A model generated the notes under the pieces. It was not told where the DNA came from and searched no databases. It saw only the letters and a list, made by a program, of their open reading frames with translations. This document shows, piece by piece, positions 1 to 14,191 of a stretch of DNA of 64,000 nucleotides; position 1 is the stretch's first letter; each line of letters begins with the position of its first letter. Source of the stretch: Oikopleura dioica (Eukaryota > Animalia > Chordata); contig OU015566.1 in NCBI GenBank assembly GCA_907165135.1, forward strand, positions 7,068,001-7,132,000. The letters are read 5' to 3'. The position numbers and the translations under genes are program-made.

Positions 1-192
1 GAAATAGGAGTTTTTTCTCCCATTGACCGCGGTCAAGAATCTTTGAACTGGGAGATATTTTTCCTGCGACAGGGGTCGTCGTGTGCCTCTTACCTGGGGG
101 CTTCGGCCCCTAGGTCCTAAGATGCCGGGGTCTAGTCTATTGTTAGTTTGGGTTCCCTACCAAAAAATATCCTATTTCGAAAAAGCACGAAC

Positions 193-362
193 TAGGAGCT
201 TAACCCCTGCCCGCATATCGACCTACGCGTAGGTAAATTGGCTTTATATCCTTTCGAGAGTTTTATCACGACTGAAAGACCCTCAAAAGGCCCGACCTAC
301 GCGTAGGTTGATATGCGGGCAGGGGTAACAAATTTTTCATGCGGGCAGGGGTTAATCTCCTA
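193..362. repeat. Small inverted-repeat (MITE-like) element containing two copies of the 14-bp palindrome ACCTACGCGTAGGT
   Basis: TAGGAGCTTAACCCCTGCCCGCAT (193-216) is nearly the reverse complement of ATGCGGGCAGGGGTTAATCTCCTA (339-362). The palindromes lie at about 221-234 and 295-308. No clear TSD. Confidence 0.55.
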
Positions 363-1196
363 TTGACCGCATATTACCCAAAAAATCGCTTCCTTTGGTG
401 TACGTTACTATATTATTCACTCATTTCGTGTCTCGTCTTATCTTTATTGTTCCTTTTCTTTGTTAGTGCCCAATTCGATGATTTAAAAATTCTGATCTCA
501 AAATTCGGAAATTTTTTGAGAAAATGGTCAATTTAGCATATTTTGTTGAAATCTGCCAAAAAAACTACCTGCTAATTTGACCATACCCACTGTAAGTTGA
601 CTTAATTTCTAGGTTAGCTAGATCAGCTCAAAACATTTCCAGGGCACCAACCAAGAAAAGAAAGTGGATTTCTGGAAGACCAATAAGATTGGTGTATTTG
701 GCCTACCGGCCAATGAAAACTCAGATCTACAAAATCACTTCCTTTTCTTGGTTTTGCCCATTTTTAGGCGATAATCGGGAATTTCGATACGTTGAAAATA
801 TATTTCTAACATTTTTTATTTTAGATCTATTTCCTGCCATGCTTTCCTGCAACATCAGCATTAAAAACCTGCGTTTCAGATTGTAAATATCGAAAATCAT
901 AAATCGGATCTCTATCTTTCTAATAATCAACTCTTTTGTAAAAGTAAAACATAAAATTTGGGACGTGCATATTTGTAAACCGTAGAATCATACGAGTAGT
1001 TTTCTTTTTATATTAATTTTTGAACAATCGAAGTCTTCTTAATAAATTTCTGTATCGAGAAGGAGAAACAGGACGAGCTTTTTGGCCGATTTTTCTTGTA
1101 ATAATTTTGATAACTAATTTTTGTAGAGAAAAAAGTACAAGAAAAAGGGGCAAATAAGACTCGATAAGAAACGAGTAAGAGGAAAGAAAACACAAG

Positions 1197-4100
1197 ATGC
1201 GCCTCTTACCTTGGCTGCTTGGTATAGCAGGACACGTGTTAAAATTCTAGATTCATATACTAAGATGCTGTATCCGAGATACAGAAAAATAGGATACCGA
1301 TGTTATCAAATTTATTCTCTGATTAAAAAAGAGGCGCTTCTTCCACTCCTGGAAGAAAAAAGAAGATACCTGCTTCTGATTGGCTCGAATCGAGGAAATT
1401 ATTTTAAGCCAATCAAAAACGGGATTTTATCATTTTCTTCATGGTTAAAAAAAAGTCCTCTAACTTGATCAAGTAGCGCTAAAATTTGATATGCTCGGTA
1501 TACATCACTTTCTGTAAGAGCTTAAAAACCGGGCCCGTAAAGGTTTAACCCGTGAAAGCCCCCGTGTTAGGTGTGGTGCGCTATACAGTCGACACAGATT
1601 CAGCTGACATCACATGGTCCGAAGGTGGCAATGCCAAAATCCTCCTCGCCAGATTGGACGCTAGAGAGCTAACTATCTCCGAAACGGTAAGAGCTTTGAA
1701 TGTCTAAATTGATTTTTCGAATATTTTTGGTCATTTTTTGGTAATTTTGAATTTTTTGCATAAGCAAAGAATTTTGTTTGTTATTACTCTGCGGCCGAGG
1801 GTTGAGCATTTTGTTGGACATACGTGGAATTTACAGATGCTCAATTTCAATTTGAAAATTTGTGTTTAAAGTCACACGCGTGAAAATACGGCTCGAACTC
1901 GAGCCTATCGCACAAGGGCAACTCACGGGCCGCGACCTAAGAGGGTTTTTGTTAGAACCAGTTTATTTGATGAAAATACAACACGAGGAGAACACGGTAT
2001 TTTTGGTTACTTACTGCAGGTCTTCTAATGCATTTTGTTACAGTAGGATTACGTAAAAGCAGCTTAGCAATTGTAAGAGTTGCAATTTTGAGAAATCATC
2101 GTCGAAACTTGGCACCAGCCAAATGCGTATTTCCACCCAACAACGACGATGTTCATTGAGGGTGAAGCCAAAGCAACGGGGACTGAAATTGAGTTTTTAT
2201 TTTTCCTTAAAAATCTCAATCTCTCACCGAGGGCAATAAAATAGTATTTCTTTCGGCCATCGTTCCGGTAGATCCAAAAGATGATGAAACCTGGGGCTAA
2301 ATAAGTATGAGCGTTAGGAAAACAAATTTTCCTAACTAACCGATCAAATAACCAAGGACAACGTGAACAACGCTCGCGCCAACTGGATAATTCAGCGTCA
2401 TTTTATTCCAACAGATTCCAAGTCTCTCGTAGCAATTTCTTAGCTTGTTACGTTTTGCATAGAATACAGAAGGAGTAATGAAGTCAAGGTGAATGTACTG
2501 AAATCCTGACGTTGTCTTAATAAGTGTGTAGAAATTTTTTTTACACAATTGTTTAAACCTCAATTGATCGAAAATCATGGAAAAAAGCTTTTCCGCAGCT
2601 TGTTCCTCGCATCATGCCCATTAAACGATCATACGCACTAACTTTGATAGAATTATAAAAATGAATTTTGGTTATCTTAAAAGTATGCCCCACCTGCGAA
2701 TGGACCAGCTTGAGTTTCTTCTTTAAAAACAGTAGCATTGAAATGAACGCCTTAATTTAAAAAACTATAACGTTCAACTCGAAATAATAACCTCTTATAA
2801 GTGGCTCGGCAAAAACTGATCCAAAAACCAAAATAAAAATATTCATGTTCATTCTGTCTTGACACGAATGTGACTAGTTTCATTCGAGTCTACGGAATCG
2901 AAACTGTGTTTGTGTGTTAGATTATGAGTAGGCTCTATCAAAATATAACACTTGAATTCGACGTCAATGATATTGATACGAAATAAGTTAAATTTCAAGC
3001 ATACTAATAGAAAAGTATTTTTAAAGGAACACTCCAAAAGATGAACGCTCGTCACATGAGTAGTTATCTATTTGAGTGTTCCAAAAGATAGCCATGTAAA
3101 ATATAGACCAACTGTTCCCAACCTTCCATCACGTGACTCTCAGTGTTCTCGTAAAACAAATCGGCGATAAGCACCCGCTGCGCAAAGAGTCGACCACAAG
3201 ATATCATTTTGAGTATTCTCAGCCCCGTTTCCGTAATCATTATCAGCCGCCCTGCTGCATATGAAGAAGATTATTGCGTCGTCTTTTCCAAAAATATTTT
3301 CTAAATAGAAACTCATCTTATTCAAAACATAGGCACTAAGTCGGCCGGATAAGCCGGGCGCGCGTGAAACGCGCATTTTAGACGCAAATGCTTTTTCAGT
3401 CGGAGTTGAGTTCCTAATTTTCCTTCTAGGGTCGTCGCGGATCCCATACCTTCCGCGACTTATCACCAGGCGCTCTGTACCGACTAGACATCGTCCCTGA
3501 AGATGGCGAGCGCCAAGTCATCAAATTCAACACGAAACCAATTCCAGTACCAAAAGTTTCCACATCGAAATTTTACAGACAAGCGCCCGACAGCGAATCG
3601 ACCCAAGTTTTTGGAGCAGTTTTGTATTGGACGCCACCAGCTGGTGCTCTCGATGGATATGCCGTTTCTGTCCAGGTAAGAAAATCTTAGCTCAGTAGTG
3701 ATTAGCTGAGCAGTCCAGCTCAGCCAGGGTTTTAAAAATAACACCTCTAATGAACGAACTTATCTTTTTCGCTTGGTTAGTAGAAATTTTACTCAACCGG
3801 TTATTAACCTTAACCCGGATCAGTAGATCAGCCAGATATACGTACGGCCCATCTAATTGTGGTCAGTCCTTTGCCAATCATTCAATCAAAGCCGCTTTTG
3901 ATCTCAAAAAGAGGATCAGAATTAAATTTTTGCTCTTTGAACTTCTCTTGTTGCACTTCGTATTAAGGGTGTTTCCCTCGAAAAAGGGCGAATTTCTGGC
4001 TAATCTACAGTCTAATCCCTATTGTTATCGGCCATTTTTCTTCATTTAGGATTGAAAGTATAGCTTTAATATTATTTAAAAATAAGAAAGACACCCCCTT

Positions 4101-7100
4101 AATTTTTTTCAGCCAAATCACGGCGAAATAAAAGCGCCCGTGTACCAGAAAAACGGCGAATCCCGAACCGACAACACCCAGCCACGAAGAGTGGTCACCG
4201 GCCTCGAACCCGGCTTGGAATACAACTTCACGATTGAATCGACCGCTGGAAATGAAAAATCCGCGCCGACGATTTTCAACACGCGAATCCGTGAGTAACA
4301 TTTTTTTTTTCTAAAAACGGAAAGTACGTGAAATACACGTGTTAACTTGCTGCTGCGATTACCGCCACGTTAGGGGACGGGGGTCGGAGAAAGTTAGAAA
4401 TTTTTATCGAAAGAGGGGTAATTTAGAAATTAAAACTGTGAGAAAAACATGTTTGAGTTTCATCTAAAATTTAATTAACCCTAAATGGGAAGACATCATT
4501 AATTCGATTTTCGAGTAATTCCTTCTCCAGAAGTGACTTTATTCACCTCTTGAATTTGTTTTATGAGCATTATTGAACTAATTATTGAACCTTATTTTCT
4601 CCCCGGTCCATTAGCTGCTCCTTGAAATCAAGATTACCTTTCACAGTCGGATTTTTGGTAAATAAACGCCGCGGATGAACTAACCCATGTCATTGGCAAC
4701 CTTTCTTCGCCAACCACAATGCCCGTGTCTTGAGATTTTCCACAACTAACAGTTTAATCGCGCCTGCCCGCTCAATAAATAGCATCTAGATAACGTGTTA
4801 CTTTGTAGCTCCTGAGACTCCGGGTCCAATCGAAGTGAAATCTGTCGACTCCCGAAGCGCCGTTTTGGACTGGCAACGCGAGCACCGCGGTTTTCTGGAT
4901 GGTTTTTACCTCGAAACAGTGCCTCCAGAGGGCGAAATGATTCGGCCAAAGCGAAATACAGACAAACAGCGAGAAGTAGCGGGCCTCAAGCCGGGCAAAA
5001 AGTACACTGTCAAGGTGCACTCGACTGCTTATGGTCTTTTGAGCTTCCGGCCTTCGGAGCGCTCGATAATCACCCTCCCGGAAGCGCCACTAGGAGACTT
5101 GGTCGTCATCTCCCGTGATCCCGTCAATGTCACTCTATCCTGGACGCCGCCAGATGGCGAGGCACAAATGTATCAGATTCTCTACTACCCGACCGACTCT
5201 GACGCGCGAAAGCTCAAGGAACTCTCGATCAACTCCACCATAACGCTCACCAATCTCGACCCAGGAACCGAGTACAACTTCGAAATCGAGACAATCTCCA
5301 ACGGCCTTCACTCTGACAGTAAAAGCTTCGACCCCATCGCGACTCCACCACTTGGAATCGAAGACCTAACTGTCATCGACAAGGATTTCACCAGCGTCTC
5401 CATCGGCTGGAATCACCCAAAACCCGACAATGTCAAATACGTAGTCGACTACTCTCCCAACTCTCGGAACTCATGGCCAGTCGGTCCATTTATCACCACG
5501 GACACCCTTGCAGCTGTTGACGGTCTTGAACCCGGACGAACTTACGTCTTCAACGTTTACGCCGTCGCCAACAATGTCGAATCCGAGCCAAAGAAGATCA
5601 AGGTTACCTTGCCTGTTCCAGACAAGCCCTCAAAAGTAGAAATCTCTGAAGTCGCCGATACATCGTTCGAAATCACCTGGGAGTCCCCCTATGCCGATGC
5701 CACATTCACCGTTGATGTCCTCAGCGTCGCAGGCGGTCACGTGGATGGCTTCCCAATCAGCACTAGCGAGAAAGGCTACTCTGTTGAGGGATTGGATCAA
5801 GGAGAAGTCTACAAGGTCACTGTTTCTACAGTCCTAGATGGCTTCACTACTGACAAGAGCGCGATGCAAGTCGAAACTTTCAAAAACTCAGAAGATACCA
5901 TCCTCTTTTCAAGCAACAGTGATGTAGAAATGGAAGTCATTGACGCCACTATGAATCAATTCGCTAGCTACATCCTTAACGCAATCGACGACGAATCCAT
6001 TTCCCTCGGAATCAACGTCTCTCCCGAGCCGCATTTCATCAACAACGATAAATTCGCCGTACTCTCTGTTTCGATCCACGCGAAGCCGAGCGTTCTTAGT
6101 CCGGAAATGCTGAATCAGTTGTTCAAGGACTGGAACGACGACCAATCCGAGGACAGTAAATACTTCTCCGACGTTATTGACACGAATTTGAACGAATGCA
6201 AGATGAGAAATGCCTGTAGTGCAAATTCAAAATGCGTGGACAAGGAAATACTGTACACTTGCCAGTGCAATGAGGGATATCTTGACCAGACTGATGAAGT
6301 GGTCAATTCTGATAAGATTTATACGCTGGAGGGACAAGTTTGCCTGGCGGATTTGGAGGATAATTGTGTCAAGTAAGTTTAAAAATTTTTTTATTATTCA
6401 CGACGAAATTATTTACCGAAATATAATTTGTAATTTATATTTATCGCTCTTCTCAATTTAAAAAAATACTCATTGAGTGAAAGAAAAATTATCATTATGG
6501 TCTTTGAGAATCGACTGCAGTGAGAAATTTCATTTTCTATAATTTCTCTTTTAGTGTCGTATTTTCTCGAAATAGAAAGAATGCGAACATGAGGATCAAG
6601 AATGTTCTCACTTGTTGTTTTCACGCGAACGGTGATCACGTGATCCACTCTGTAGATCAATCGCGTGGTCAAGAGGATTATCCGTTTTTGTTCACCTTTC
6701 TGTGACTGACCTTTTTGCAGACGAGAAAGTACATTCAGTCATAAGATCACGTGAAAAAATAAGATTCAAGAAATCTAATTTTCTCTGACTCAAAAACAAT
6801 TTTTCATTAAAGAAAATTTTAGTCACGTTTTTGAAAAAAATATTTTCAAAAAGTTGTTTCATAATTAGACGTCTCATGAAAATAGAAAGGTGTTGATTAT
6901 GATTAATTTATCTCCTCTAGCACCGATTGGAAATTCCAACGCCAAGGATATGTCGTCGTGCGGCGCAATATGCCCGAGCTGGCCGAATTCTCCATGTGTT
7001 TCAAAATGACACTCAACAGTCCAAAACTTCAAGGCACAATCGTCAGCTACAGACACGAAGGATCAAAGTTGCTCATGTACCAGCAGAAGAATCGGCTGTT

Positions 7101-10100
7101 TGTGAATGTGAACGGAAATGAGATGTACGAGCTCGCAAGTTATTTTCAAGAAGATGTGGTTTACTCGATTTGTTTGGCTGCTAATGGTAAGATGTTTTTT
7201 TCTTGTTTTTGAGATTAGACGGCAGAAATTGTTCTCAGGCATGATTATACTCAAGTACATCATGGGCTGCGTGTGCTAAAATACCCTTAAATACCTATTT
7301 GCAACCCTTATCATCTACACAATTTTCTGAGTTAGTTTAAAAATTCACATTTTGACGAATATAAAAAAATATAATAAAACTCGTTTTGTATCTTTTTTAT
7401 GGTTCTCGATTTTAAAATTTCTTTTTCAGATGATTTGATCAAACTCATCGTCAATGGCGAAACAATGCAGTCACTGAAGCCTGAAAACTCCGTCAAGCTC
7501 CTTGGCGGCGGAAAAGTTCAAATCAGCCACGATTCAGAATGCAACCGCAAGTGCGAGCGCATTCGTGGCGACTTGGATGCTAGAATTGAGGTAAAACAAC
7601 ACTCTCCCGTTTCAATTCCAAAATCGTGTTTCAGGATTTCACAATCTGGAGCGAGGCTAAATCGACTGAGGAGTTGAAGAACTTCGCCGCTGGCGAGTGC
7701 TTGACGAATGGAATCATGACTTTGGAAAAAGAAGCGACCAGTCTTCTCGGACCAATGCCCGATCGGCCGAAACAGGAATCAGTTGATGATCTCTTCCACA
7801 ACTTCGTGATCGCCACGATCTCCCCAAGTGGATCTCCTGGCTTCGCTGACCTGGCGACTAGAAGATGGACAACTCCTGCTTCTCCTTATCCAACTCCTGC
7901 TAATGATCCCACCAATAATCGATTTATCATTGAAACTGGTATTTATCAATCAAAATCAAATACGAGTTCTTTTTTATCTAAATCACCTCTTCCGAAAACG
8001 AATTTTCCAACCAGCCTCAACATTGAAGGAGTCTCTTTTTCTTAAATCGATCTCGTCCAATCAGAGGGCTTGATGATGAAATTCGTTATCGAAAGAAACC
8101 AGTGTAGATTTTACGAAAAAAAATTAACTTTCAAAAACTATTTTTTCAATTAGTAGCACCACCTGTGTACCGAGCTGATGGCGGAGAAGACCATGAAGAA
8201 ATAGCTCGACCAACCTACGCTCCTCTGCCCGACCAGGAGGTCTCCATCAACAATCTTTTCAATACAAACGTCAACGAAATCATCGGCAAACCCGAAGTCA
8301 TCGACAGCATCAAAACTCACTGCAATCCTGACAACATGACTATTGTCGCAGAAAAAGCGATGATTGATGATTATGAGAAGAAATACGGACCTTTGGCCTT
8401 GTCTGATCCTAGTTGTGGTCGAAGAACTCAAGGTTCTTTTCTTAGTACTTTTCAAGTAGACACCCTTAATTCGAACTTCCCGTTTGGCTTGATAAAGATT
8501 TACAGAGGCTTCAAGATATAAAAAGAGTCAAAAATAAGGGATAGAGAGCCTTAATTTGATCTTTTTTGGGACTTGTGAACTTCTAAAGGAGCGATTCTTA
8601 TCACTCCACTATTCGTCCCTTATCGATCGTCCGATACGTGTGGACAGCGGAAATCACGTTTTGCATTTTGGCAAGATATCTAACGCTCAATTCTAGGGAA
8701 GAACTACGTTTGGGAAATATCGCCCGATCTCCTCGGCTGCGGAAGCACGCTCGAGCTCACTGATACGCATGTGACCTTTGTCAACTCGCTCTCGACGGCC
8801 AGTTCAGGAAATGGGATACAATTATTGAAGAGCTTTATCCACGAATAATGCAATTGAAAAAGCTCCGTAGCAGTTTGGCATATTTTCAGCAGGAAAGCCA
8901 AAGTATAATTGCGCGAAACAACGTGATTTTTTGTGCCAAAAAGGTGTCACGTGCTCTCGAAGGTTTGATAAGAACCATCGAATTTCATCCCATTCCGCAG
9001 CAGAAGAGACTATCACGGCAAAAGGAGGGATCATCTTCGGCAACCAGCTGAGCGCCCGTCAGACGACAAAAGTCTCCATGGAAGTGTCTTGTCAATTCCC
9101 GCTGGATTACACCGTCACTGCTGAGTACCCGTTCTTGCCACAGATCTCGATGAACATTATCAAATTCAACGTGACGGATTATGGAGAGTTCTCTGCGCTG
9201 ATGCAGCTCTTTGACACTGATGCTTTCGAAAGACCGTTCGAAGGAAGCCCGGAAATTGAAGAGGGAGAATTGCTGAACGTTGGAGTTTCGTTGCTTGATG
9301 TTACTGTAAGTTGCCCAAATTAATACAAGTTTTTTCGAGAACTCATTATCGAAACCATAACTATTCGAAAATGATTGTTTTCAATGATTTTTTAACTTGA
9401 CTAGTCGATGATTAACTCACTAAAAAACCGAATTCAAACCTTCTGAGAAGCCCCATAGAGGTAATAGATAGAATTAGATTAACTTTCTTAACCTTTTCTG
9501 ATATGATCCCAGTCGGGGAGCTACGACTCGCCGGGATTTTCACGACTTGCCGGGACCTTGCATAATAAGTCCCGGCGAGTCGTAGCTGTTCTAGAAACTC
9601 TGATATAAATACGCTCAATCTTTCTAAAATAAGGGTTAGGGTAAAAGTTCTACCAAATTTAGCTTTGCAAAACTGATGAAAGTTTACTTTAAATATTCTT
9701 TCTTTATAACATGCGACATATTTTATTGTTAAATTTGGTTTTTAACTGGGTGCTTAGTGGTTTGACAGTGAGATTGCCAACCCAGGGTGGAAGCACCGTG
9801 TAAGTTTGTATTTAAGTGATTTTTCTATTTTAATATTAGGGTTAGGGGTCAAAAAGATTTAATTGCCAATGATATTTGTTCCGATAATATTCTATTGAAA
9901 ACTGATTGAAAAAAATCAATAATCGGCAAATTTTTCATTTTTTTACTTCCGTATAGCTCTGTCATCTAGAGTTTCTAGAACATCAGCTACGACTCGCCGG
10001 GATTCTGCACATTTAATCCCGGCAAGTCGTAGCTCGGCCAGAAATCCCGGCAAGTCGTAGCTCTCCCATCCCAGTCCTAGGACTGCTAGAGCCAAGTGAG

Positions 10101-12836
10101 AAATTAGTTTCACAGTAGCCGTGATTTTTTCGTATTTACGCCTCTTGAGCTGCTTGAGACGTGCTTTCCACGTTTCCCGATAACGAAGGATAACGATCTT
10201 GATTCATCCCTCGTCGAAAAGCTTGAAATTGAGGTTTACGCTAATAGCGCTACATTCTAGCGTTCCTTTCAAAATTGTGTTTCCTTTTCGGCCGACTTGT
10301 TCAATCGCGCCCGTTGTTGCGGTCAGACTCTGTCATGGTCAGATTCTAGCGATGACGGGTCCTAGGATTTTCGTCTTATGCATAATTCCGTCCAATTTCG
10401 AGGTCAAGATTAAGGCCCACCCGAGCGCTTTTTTAAATTCCAAGTCCGAGCTCAGAATTGAAGAAAGGCTGATCCGGTAATTTCCGGGCGGCTGATCCAG
10501 CTTCCCGAGGAAACGACAATCTATTAGCGTCACTGAGCTCTACCCTTTTTTTTCGCTGAGTTTTAAATTTATTTTTCGAAGGAGAAAGTTTCGAAATGAA
10601 ATAAAAGGATGAAGGAAGTCCGGATTAGTGATTTTTCTTTGATTTTTTCATCATTTGAAATTGATACATTTGATTTTACTTCTTCCGAACTTTGAATTTT
10701 TTACTGATGTCAGCGATAATTTGCAAGGGTTCACTAAAAACTTGGCTGCCAGAGGTTTTTAACCTTCTGACGCACGCGATGACAAATTAAATCAAGCCCG
10801 GCCAGATGCCGGGAAGTTTTAGAAGTTGATATGACTCGCTCTAGCGTGTTTTTGATCATTTATAATTTGATCATCTGGAGTCAAGATCGTTGTCAAATGC
10901 ATATTTATAATGATACCTCTCTTTTTTACACACCTTTTCAGGATCCCAACGTTCGCGTGACCCTCCAAGAATGCTGGGCAACTCCAGAATCCTCCCCCGC
11001 CCACGAGCTCCGCCACGATCTCATCGCTGATGCCTGTGGTGTCCCCGGCGTCCTGGACAACACATTGGACATCGTCTCCAATGGCGACTCAAGAATGGCG
11101 AAATGGCACGGATCCGTCTTCAAATTTGTCGGCTACGAAAATGTCTGGCTCCATTGCAACATCAAAGTCTGCTTTGCGGACAAAGCAAAGGGCTCGAAAA
11201 TGAATAGAAATGAGATCGATTCATCTTATTGGGATTAAAAAGTTATATAATCAGGGATTCAGGTGCACAGCTGCGAGAATTTAAGGGGATAGACCGTTAG
11301 AGATTTAAAAGTTATCGGTTTTCACTTTGGAACATATTTTCTATATTTTGAAATTTTACTACAATTATTGTTTCAAGATATCAATGCATATTTCGTGCCA
11401 TTCTTGTTCAAATAGGTTAAGATGGAAAATGGCTGATAAAGCTTTAGAAAAATGAATTTTTGGCGAGCCCTTCGTAGCCGATTGCGTGCCGAGTTGTACC
11501 GGAAGAAGTCGGCGTAGCGCGGACGAGGACGACCTGTTCCGCGTGTCAGTCGCTCATCCTATCAAATTTGTCGATTTCGAGGTCGAAGTCGACAACATGG
11601 TAGATTCCAGCGCAGATAAAGGTAACGACATCTAAACATCAACTCCCTGGGAAAAACTTAAATCTGTCTCTAAAGCCGCATAAAACAAAACTCGCATTTT
11701 TGTAGCCATAATGAACCGTTCTAAAGAAACGAATGAGAATAGCATCTGTTTCGTGAGGTGGACAAAGCACACCCTTAAGGATATAGCCTTGAATATTGAA
11801 CTTTCGTAGCGCCGAATCCCTGTTACGAATTCATTCATTTTTCAAAGAAACCCTACCTAAAATCCAGCGTAGATTTCGAAAAAACCCTTATTTTTAGTAC
11901 TTTCTATGGTGTTTGTACCTAAAAATCGACTTCAAAATAAAACAGACCGTCGTTCTCTGAAAATTTCCATTTAAAAGGTAAATCTGGGTTGATGATATGA
12001 ATGATTGAAGCCTTATCTCCGATCTAGCGGTGGATTTTTTAAAAATATTGAATATTACGGCTTCTAGGAACTGGTTTATGATTGTACTTCGAAATGGAGA
12101 GTGGCGCGCGCTGCCAATCAGAGCGAGGGGAGAATCTCAGTAAGAGCTGTCGACAAAATTTCTCGTGTAAAATAGGATGAGCGATGGCTGAGTGAGATTT
12201 TCCCCTCGCTCTCATTGGCTGCGCGCGCCACTCTCCTTTTCGAAGTACAATCATAAACCAGTTCCTAGAAGCCGTAATATTCAATATTTTTGCAAAATCC
12301 ACCGCTAGATTGGAGATAAGGCTTTAATCTTTCATATCATCAACCTAGATTTACCTTTTTAATGGAAATTTTCAGAGAACGACGGTCTGTTTTATTTTAA
12401 AGTCGATTTTTAGGTACAAACACCATAGAAAGTACTAAAAATAAGGGTTTTTTCGAAATCTACGCTGGATTTTAGGTAGGGTTTCTTTGAAAAATGAATG
12501 AATTCGTAACAGGGATTCGGCGCTACGAAAGTTCAATATTCAAGGCTATATCCGTAATCACAAACAGCGAAGAGAACAAACATAACATTTTCAGATCGCA
12601 GATGATCTAGTTTAGTAGTTTAGTGGAGTTATTTCTACAACAGCTTTTTTGAAAGACCAGAACTTGGAGAGCCCGATTTTCTCATTGATTTAACACGCTG
12701 ACACCCTTATTTTTCAGGCGAAGGAATCATTACCGGTCTCGTCATCGGAGTTACCATCATCACTCTCCTACTCTTCAACGCCATTGGTCTGATCGTCCTG
12801 AGAAGAAGGAGGACGAAATTCATCGATATGCAGTAA
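1197..12836 (+). CDS. Large type I membrane protein: about 8 FN3 repeats, SEA-like linker, EGF-Ca, pentraxin/LamG-like domain, ZP domain, furin site, TM (UMODL1/oikosin-like)
   Basis: Phase-consistent exons at about 1197-1221, 1571-1686, 3430-3675, 4113-4290, 4809-6372, 6921-7186, 7430-7590, 7635-7938, 8157-8432, 8697-8807, 9001-9305, 10942-11191, 11478-11621 and 12718-12836. Motifs: FN3 (GLEPGLEYNFTI, LDPGTEYNFEI), EGF (NECKMRNACSANSKC..YTCQCNEGY), pentraxin-like (ELAEFSMCF, DFTIWSEAKS), ZP cysteines (HCNPDNM, QECWATP, WLHCNIKVC), RSRR furin site, and a C-terminal TM followed by RRRR. Confidence 0.85.
9515..10067. mobile_element. Non-autonomous DNA transposon (Mutator-like or hAT-like MITE) in a ZP-gene intron
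   Basis: TIRs GGG(A)GAGCTACGACT(C/T)GCCGGGA, with extra internal TIR copies. The 9-bp direct repeat ATCCCAGTC at 9506-9514 and 10068-10076 is the likely TSD (8 bp is also possible). Contains TTAGGG pieces. Confidence 0.75.
11779..12553. mobile_element. Foldback/MITE with about 360-bp inverted arms and an about 53-bp spacer
   Basis: 11779-12139 is a near-perfect reverse complement of 12193-12553 (GGATATAGCC...GGCTATATCC). Flanked by TA/TAA. Lies in the last intron of the ZP gene. Confidence 0.85.
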
Positions 12837-14191
12837 ACCGACGAAGAAGCGTAGAATTTTATTACGCGATAAATTATATATATATTCGCCCGATCAGCTT
12901 CCTAGCCAAGGAAGAACATGGCGAGACGCTATTCCTGTATAAATATTTTCTTTCTTTTTTCAAACTCACTTGCTGTACAAAACTTTTCAACCTATTCCGC
13001 CATGCATGACAATAATCAAGATAATTTAAGAACCGTTTGGTCAGGCAGATTAACCCTAAACCGCTGTACATGTGGCGATAAGTTAAGCTAGAGATGACCA
13101 AAACGGGTTAAATACGTAAAGTAATGAGTAAAACGGGTTAAACTCATTATGAATAGACTTATCGTGGCCGTTTTGAGCCGAAATACGCTGAAAAATCTCT
13201 AACCCATCGGCAACAAAGGTCCATTTTTGTGACTTTGGCCAGTTTTACTCAAATAGTTGCTCATTTTTCATGAGAAAACTTACTTCCCACGCTAAAAATA
13301 TGCCCCTCTCTTGAACCTTTCGAGCTTTTCTTTCAAGATCTAATAAGAAAACAACCCTTACCCATTCACCAATAAGAAACCCCACAATAGTCACAATAGA
13401 AATAAAAATAATTTGAAAAGAATAAATTTCAAAAATTTTGGATTGTCCAAAAATGCGCGCGAGCAATCAAGTTTTTTGACAAATTCCGATTGTCTCTTGC
13501 GCTCTCTTTCTGTAAATATGAAATACTATCACCTTATACATACAATTAAATACACACAAATATAATTGGCGGTATAGTATCATTTTAAAACTGTAATAAA
13601 GTTATACAAAAGCCACTTTAAAAAACCTCGACTTTCGCTTTTTATGCATGAAAACGAAGAAATGTGAATATTTTTGCATATTTATTGTGAGCGCACTTAT
13701 GGTATCTGATAAAGATTCTCGAAAGAAATCATCACAATATGATGATTTTCCGATTAATTCATAATTATTCATCCGTTTTGTTTTGTTCACATCATTTTAA
13801 AAAAGATAAAAATTAATTTCATTTCGATTTTGCTTCGATTTTGGTTCTGTTACTTGCACAGGATTTTTAAACCTTTTTGACATGCTTTATGTCTTTATGA
13901 CGCCCTGAAACTTCAATAAAGATAACTATCAGCTAGGAATATTAAAGCTGAGAAAAGATCTTTATCGTCCAATAATTTCGGTAACAAGTGATCAGATTTT
14001 ATTTCCCGGGAAAATTCAAATGAACAGCTCACACATTTCTTGAAGTGAACAGCGGTAGCGAAAAATTTATTTCAAGGAAAAGTACTCTGGCCACATGTGG
14101 ATCGGTTGTTGAAAGAAAAGGTGCTAAATAAATGGAGATTTTGCTTCTTGGATCTCGGAGGCGCCCAAAATCAGCTGAGAATTCTCGATGG

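Noticed and set aside
2336-3340. Possible nested minus-strand gene in intron 2 of the FN3/ZP gene
   Set aside because: There are several short ORFs but no recognisable domain and no phase-consistent splice chain.
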